A DNA stretch of 64,000 bases, from contig CAXSBB010000015.1 of assembly GCA_964235655.1 (NCBI GenBank), forward strand, positions 21,348-85,347, given 5' to 3'. A program made the position numbers and the translations under genes. This DNA comes from an uncultured Acidobacteriaceae bacterium (GTDB taxonomy: Bacteria; Acidobacteriota; Terriglobia; Terriglobales; Acidobacteriaceae). Below, one piece after another: positions 60,068 through 64,000 of the stretch (within the stretch, counting starts at the first letter, position 1; each line of letters starts with the position of its first letter). The notes under the pieces are model-generated. The model did not search any database and was not told the DNA's origin. It saw only the letters and a program-made list of their open reading frames with translations.

Positions 60068-61237
60068 ATGCAGATAGAGATTCAGGAGCCGCCTGTGCAG
60101 CAGGTGCTGACGCAAAAGCGTACTGCCGCGCTTACACGGTTCCAATTTGTACTTGCCCCTGTGTGTTACAAGGCCTTGCCGAAAGTGGGGCTCCTACTCC
60201 TGTACCTGCTGGCGACAATCCAGTTTGTAGGCTCCTACCTGTATCTTGAGTACCCGTATGTAAACATCCACCTGTGGGAGCGCGGCTACGCCCCGCTGCC
60301 CTTCCAGACGCGGCTGCTGCTGACACCGCTCTACCGCTGGGCCGACACAAATACCCGGGCGATCCACTACACCTCAAACCTGGCGCGCAATCATTACTTC
60401 TTTCCGCATGGTATCGGACCCGATATGGTGCTGGAGTTTGCAATCGGCATCTTGTGCGTTCTGTTCAGCGGGGGGGTGGCACTGCGCATCTATGACGCCG
60501 CGACACAACGCGGGTTATTGCGGCCGCTGGTATACCCGCTGTTTCTGGGTTTGTGCACCATGGCGTATGTAGTGCATACCGTACAAAATTTTCGTTATGT
60601 GTATGACATGCCAAGCCTCGCCGCGTTTGCGTTGGGCTTTTACCTGATCTACTTCCGCAAGTCTGTACTGTGGTTCATTCTTTTATTCGCTGTAGCTACG
60701 CTCAACCGCGAAACCACTTTGCTGCTGCTTCCATTCTGGGCTGTATCGCAGGCGATAGGACTCGATGGAAGGTTGCACTGGCCCGTGCTGGTGAGCCGCC
60801 GCGTTCTGCCGGTGGCTGTGCCGCTGGCGCTCTACTGGGCTCTATGGCACCACGTGGTGTATTCCATCTTTTCTGGAAATGCGTCAGAGTACTACCCGCG
60901 GCTCCTGTTCAACCTGCACTGCTTTCTCCGCCTGCGCTACTGGCCGCAGCTAGCCAGTGCTTTCGGATTTCTGTGGCCGTTTCTTATTTTGTACCGGTCC
61001 CGTTTACGGGATGCGCAGCTGCGCGGCTGGCTGCTGGTATTGCCGCTGTGGTATGGGTTCATGCTGCTGTGGGCCATTGTTACGGAGACTCGTGTATTCG
61101 GCGAGCTACTGACCTTTGTTGCGCCTACGGCAGCCATTATGGCGGAGGAGGTGCTGGCGGCCCGTGTGCAGCGTCGAGATCTGTTCTACAGGGAAGAAAT
61201 TGCAATACGCCCGAAGGATTCAAGGCGCGCCGCATAA
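60068..61237 (+). CDS. Hypothetical multi-pass membrane protein, possible GT-C fold
   Basis: About 9-10 hydrophobic segments, YVYDMP and ATLNRET motifs. Start uncertain. Confidence 0.65.
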   Translation: MQIEIQEPPVQQVLTQKRTAALTRFQFVLAPVCYKALPKVGLLLLYLLATIQFVGSYLYLEYPYVNIHLWERGYAPLPFQTRLLLTPLYRWADTNTRAIHYTSNLARNHYFFPHGIGPDMVLEFAIGILCVLFSGGVALRIYDAATQRGLLRPLVYPLFLGLCTMAYVVHTVQNFRYVYDMPSLAAFALGFYLIYFRKSVLWFILLFAVATLNRETTLLLLPFWAVSQAIGLDGRLHWPVLVSRRVLPVAVPLALYWALWHHVVYSIFSGNASEYYPRLLFNLHCFLRLRYWPQLASAFGFLWPFLILYRSRLRDAQLRGWLLVLPLWYGFMLLWAIVTETRVFGELLTFVAPTAAIMAEEVLAARVQRRDLFYREEIAIRPKDSRRAA

Positions 61238-61240
61238 GCT

Positions 61241-61972
61241 TCAGCTTTTAGCTGTAGGCCGCAGCAATACTTCGCTCACAAAGCTTTGCGATTGTTGCGT
61301 TACCAGCATCTCCACCACATGCGCCACGTCGTCCGGCTGGATCTTGCGGGCGGCGCGCTCCTTGTCTGCATTGTCTCCGCCGCCGAAGCCGGTATTCACC
61401 GAGCCCGGTGCCACTACTGACACACGTACACCATGCGGCCGCAGCTCTTCTGCCACGCTGTACGTCAAACCATTAAGCGCCCACTTTGAAGCAGAGTACG
61501 CTGCCCCGTTCGCTACAGGATTGTGTCCGGCAAGTGACGAGATGTTGATGATGTGGCCGCTCTTCCGCGCGATCATGGTGGGAGCAAACGCGCGAATCAG
61601 CAGAAAAGGCGCACGCAGGTTGGTTTCCATGGTTTCATCCCAGGTTTCAGGCGACATCTCGTGTAACGGCTTGCCGAAACTGCCCATGCCGGCATTATTT
61701 ACCAGCACATCGCAGCGTCCCCACTGTTTGTTCACGTCCAAGTCAAGCTGCTCAATGGCTTTGTCGCTGCGCAGGTCGGCTGGGTACGCTGTAGCCTTTC
61801 CACCCTCCGACTCGATCGCTTGTTGTACCGCTTCAAGCCGAGCCTTGTCCCGGGCTACCAGCACTACATGGGCACCAAGCGCCGCCAGCCGCAGGCTGAT
61901 TGCCTCGCCGATACCGCGCGCTGCCCCTGTTACTACCGCCACCTGCCCCGAGAGTGTCGTATGCTGTGCCAT
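61241..61972 (-). CDS. Short-chain dehydrogenase/reductase
   Basis: TGAARGIG, NNAG, YSASK. Confidence 0.93.
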   Translation of the reverse strand: MAQHTTLSGQVAVVTGAARGIGEAISLRLAALGAHVVLVARDKARLEAVQQAIESEGGKATAYPADLRSDKAIEQLDLDVNKQWGRCDVLVNNAGMGSFGKPLHEMSPETWDETMETNLRAPFLLIRAFAPTMIARKSGHIINISSLAGHNPVANGAAYSASKWALNGLTYSVAEELRPHGVRVSVVAPGSVNTGFGGGDNADKERAARKIQPDDVAHVVEMLVTQQSQSFVSEVLLRPTAKS

Positions 61973-62194
61973 ATATAGACAGATGCAGTTGGCGGATTAC
62001 TCGCGGAGCAGGCTGATGAATGTGTAAAAGTAAAGACAGACGGGCTTCCTAATGTTTCTAACTGAGCATATTGTGCGTTATAAGAGGGAGAACGGTTCCG
62101 GCTGGATTTGTTCGTTACCAAACGAACGCAATCTGTGCAGACACTGCATTTTCTGAGCATTCCCCAGATTTCCCAGATTTTCTAGGAGCGTTGC

Positions 62195-63580
62195 ATGAAG
62201 AAGGTTGTTGTTGCCTCGCTGCTGGCATTTGCCACCAGTACTCTTGTTGGAATTTCTACCGCGTCAGCTCAAAGCACCACCACTGCACCCCCTGCGCAGA
62301 CGACTACGCCAAGTGCCGCCACATCGCCGACTCAAACCAGCACACCGGCCGCCGGCACTACAAGCGGTACGCAAACCGGCACGGCAAGTGGACAGATCAC
62401 GATCAAGGACCCTGCCGAGTACAACGCCTATACCAATGCGGTAGGCCAAAGCTCCCCTGCTGCCAAGGCACAGGCTATTGAAGCTTTCCTGACGCAGTAC
62501 CCGAATTCTGTAGTGAAGCAGGAGCTGCTGGAGCAGCTGGTAGGTGCCTACCAGCAGGCTAACGACACACCGAAAACTGTGGATGCCGCCCGGCGCTTGC
62601 TGGTGGTGGACCCCTCAAACCTGCGTGCGTTGACCTTTATCGTGTACGTGGAAAAGCAGCAGGCTCAGGGGGATGTGACCAAGCTGGACGATGCTGCGGC
62701 GTTGGCGCAAAAGGGATTGGTAGCCACCAAGCCCACGACGATGAACGATGCTGACTACACCAAGTTGAAGGGCTTAGCCACGCCGATTTTTGAAAGTGCC
62801 ATTGCATCCGATGACACTGCCAAAAAGGATTACAAGGGCTCAGTTGATGCCTACCAGGCAGAGCTGAAAGCCTATACAGACCCTGCGCAGACTCAAACAG
62901 GCGTAGGCCTGCAGGACACCTACCAGTTGGCACAGGCCTACCTGCAGGAAAGTCCGCAAGATCTCCCAAATGCCATCTGGTATCTGGTGCGCGCGGCCCA
63001 GTTTGCACCGGCGCAATCCAAGGATCAGATCGAAAAGACTGCTGAGTATTGGTACAACAAGTACCATGGCGGCCTGGATGGGCTGGACGGAATCAAGACT
63101 CTGGCGCAAGCCAACCTGATGCCGACCGCCGACTACAAGCCGGTACCGGCACCACCGCCACCCTCGCCCGCGGATTTGGCACATACAGCTGTGACCAGCA
63201 CGCCCAACCTGAAGACTTTGTCACTGACAGACAAGGAATTTGTATTGGCGAACGGCTCGACTGAAGATGCGGAAAAGGTTTGGGCGACGCTGAAGGATCA
63301 GACTTTTGCCATCCCCGGCAAGGTTGTGACTGCGACAGCGGATTCTGTGCAGATGTCGGTTTCGCAAGATGCCCAGGAGTCAAATAAGGCTGATTTCACG
63401 ATCAACATGAAGGAGCCTTTGAAGACCGTACCGACAGCAGGTTCGTCCGTAACTTACACCGCTACTTTCGACTCGTATACACAGAACCCGGCGCAAATCA
63501 TCCTGAAGGATGGAGCACCTAAAGCAGCTGCCGCGACCCCGGCGCGCCGCTCAACCACAACCCACACAACTCACAAATAG
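62195..63580 (+). CDS. Secreted TPR-like hypothetical protein
   Basis: Signal peptide, T/P-rich linker, helical repeats (FLTQYPNS, LVVDPSN). AGGAG RBS. Confidence 0.75.
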   Translation: MKKVVVASLLAFATSTLVGISTASAQSTTTAPPAQTTTPSAATSPTQTSTPAAGTTSGTQTGTASGQITIKDPAEYNAYTNAVGQSSPAAKAQAIEAFLTQYPNSVVKQELLEQLVGAYQQANDTPKTVDAARRLLVVDPSNLRALTFIVYVEKQQAQGDVTKLDDAAALAQKGLVATKPTTMNDADYTKLKGLATPIFESAIASDDTAKKDYKGSVDAYQAELKAYTDPAQTQTGVGLQDTYQLAQAYLQESPQDLPNAIWYLVRAAQFAPAQSKDQIEKTAEYWYNKYHGGLDGLDGIKTLAQANLMPTADYKPVPAPPPPSPADLAHTAVTSTPNLKTLSLTDKEFVLANGSTEDAEKVWATLKDQTFAIPGKVVTATADSVQMSVSQDAQESNKADFTINMKEPLKTVPTAGSSVTYTATFDSYTQNPAQIILKDGAPKAAAATPARRSTTTHTTHK

Positions 63581-63616
63581 CTATACCGGTATTCCCACTA
63601 TGGGAAAGAGCAAAAT

Positions 63617-63643
63617 GGCGGCCCGCTGAGGGCCGTCTTTTTT
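63617..63643 (+). terminator. Rho-independent terminator
   Basis: GGCGGCCC-GCTGA-GGGCCGTC followed by TTTTTT. Confidence 0.8.
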
Positions 63644-63672
63644 GCGCCGCAGCGGTGTACAGTGGATATCGG

Positions 63673-64000
63673 ATGAGAGTTTGCTTTATAGTCGCTATCT
63701 GTCTTTACCTGTTAACTCCAGGATCGTATGCCCATGCGCAAGGGCCTGCACCGGAAACGACGCAGGCCACGCGACCTACGGAACCGGGCACCGCCGGCTC
63801 AAAAATTAGCCCTGCAAACAAGGCACCCAAGCCTGTACAAGGCCCGGACGTGCGGCTTGACTCGAAACCGCACACAGATATTGACAATTCCGTGGACTCA
63901 TCGCCTGAGCCGCCCGACCTGGGTCTGGGCGCGAATGCCGGGATCGACCTGGGACATGATATTGTGCCTTCCACTCCACCCGGCATGCTTTCACGCAGCG
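63673..64000 (+). CDS. Secreted hypothetical protein, 3'-truncated by the window edge
   Basis: ATG 63673 is open to the end of the window. MRVCFIVAICLYLLTPGSYAHA signal peptide followed by a Pro-rich region. Confidence 0.6.
   Translation, partial: MRVCFIVAICLYLLTPGSYAHAQGPAPETTQATRPTEPGTAGSKISPANKAPKPVQGPDVRLDSKPHTDIDNSVDSSPEPPDLGLGANAGIDLGHDIVPSTPPGMLSRS

Overview
GC-rich bacterial chromosomal segment, most likely from an Acidobacteriaceae member. This is inferred from gene style: short TonB-C protein, POTRA/SurA/TamB operon, SMC with a long head insertion. In order it holds: the 3' part of ligD; a Wzx/Wzy-type exopolysaccharide locus (GT2s, WecB/TagA/CpsF GT, wzc, wza, wzy, O-acyltransferase, GT4-flippase fusion); a quinone oxidoreductase; YkgJ; hom; a ForCE-like (YjgC/DUF1641) non-canonical formate dehydrogenase; cyaY; an apparently lower-GC chemosensory cluster (cheY, CheX-like, cheW, MCP, cheA, cheR, cheD, cheY, cheX, cheB) with a sigma28-type -10 box; ssb; a ctaB-ABC-ABC-DUF420 operon; ECF sigma/anti-sigma/aroK; ThiF; Omp85-SurA-TamB-BON; ubiA/mqnP; pheA; lon; a second acyltransferase; smc; and several hypothetical proteins. 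I recognised no tRNA, rRNA, CRISPR array or transposase. Most genes are housekeeping. The best leads are the ctaB-ABC-DUF420 operon, the GT4-Wzx fusion, the ForCE-type enzyme, the unusual CheA with two CheY-phosphatase pairs, the SMC insertion, and a candidate pseudoknot leader before cheW. All calls are from reading motifs by eye; no searches were run.
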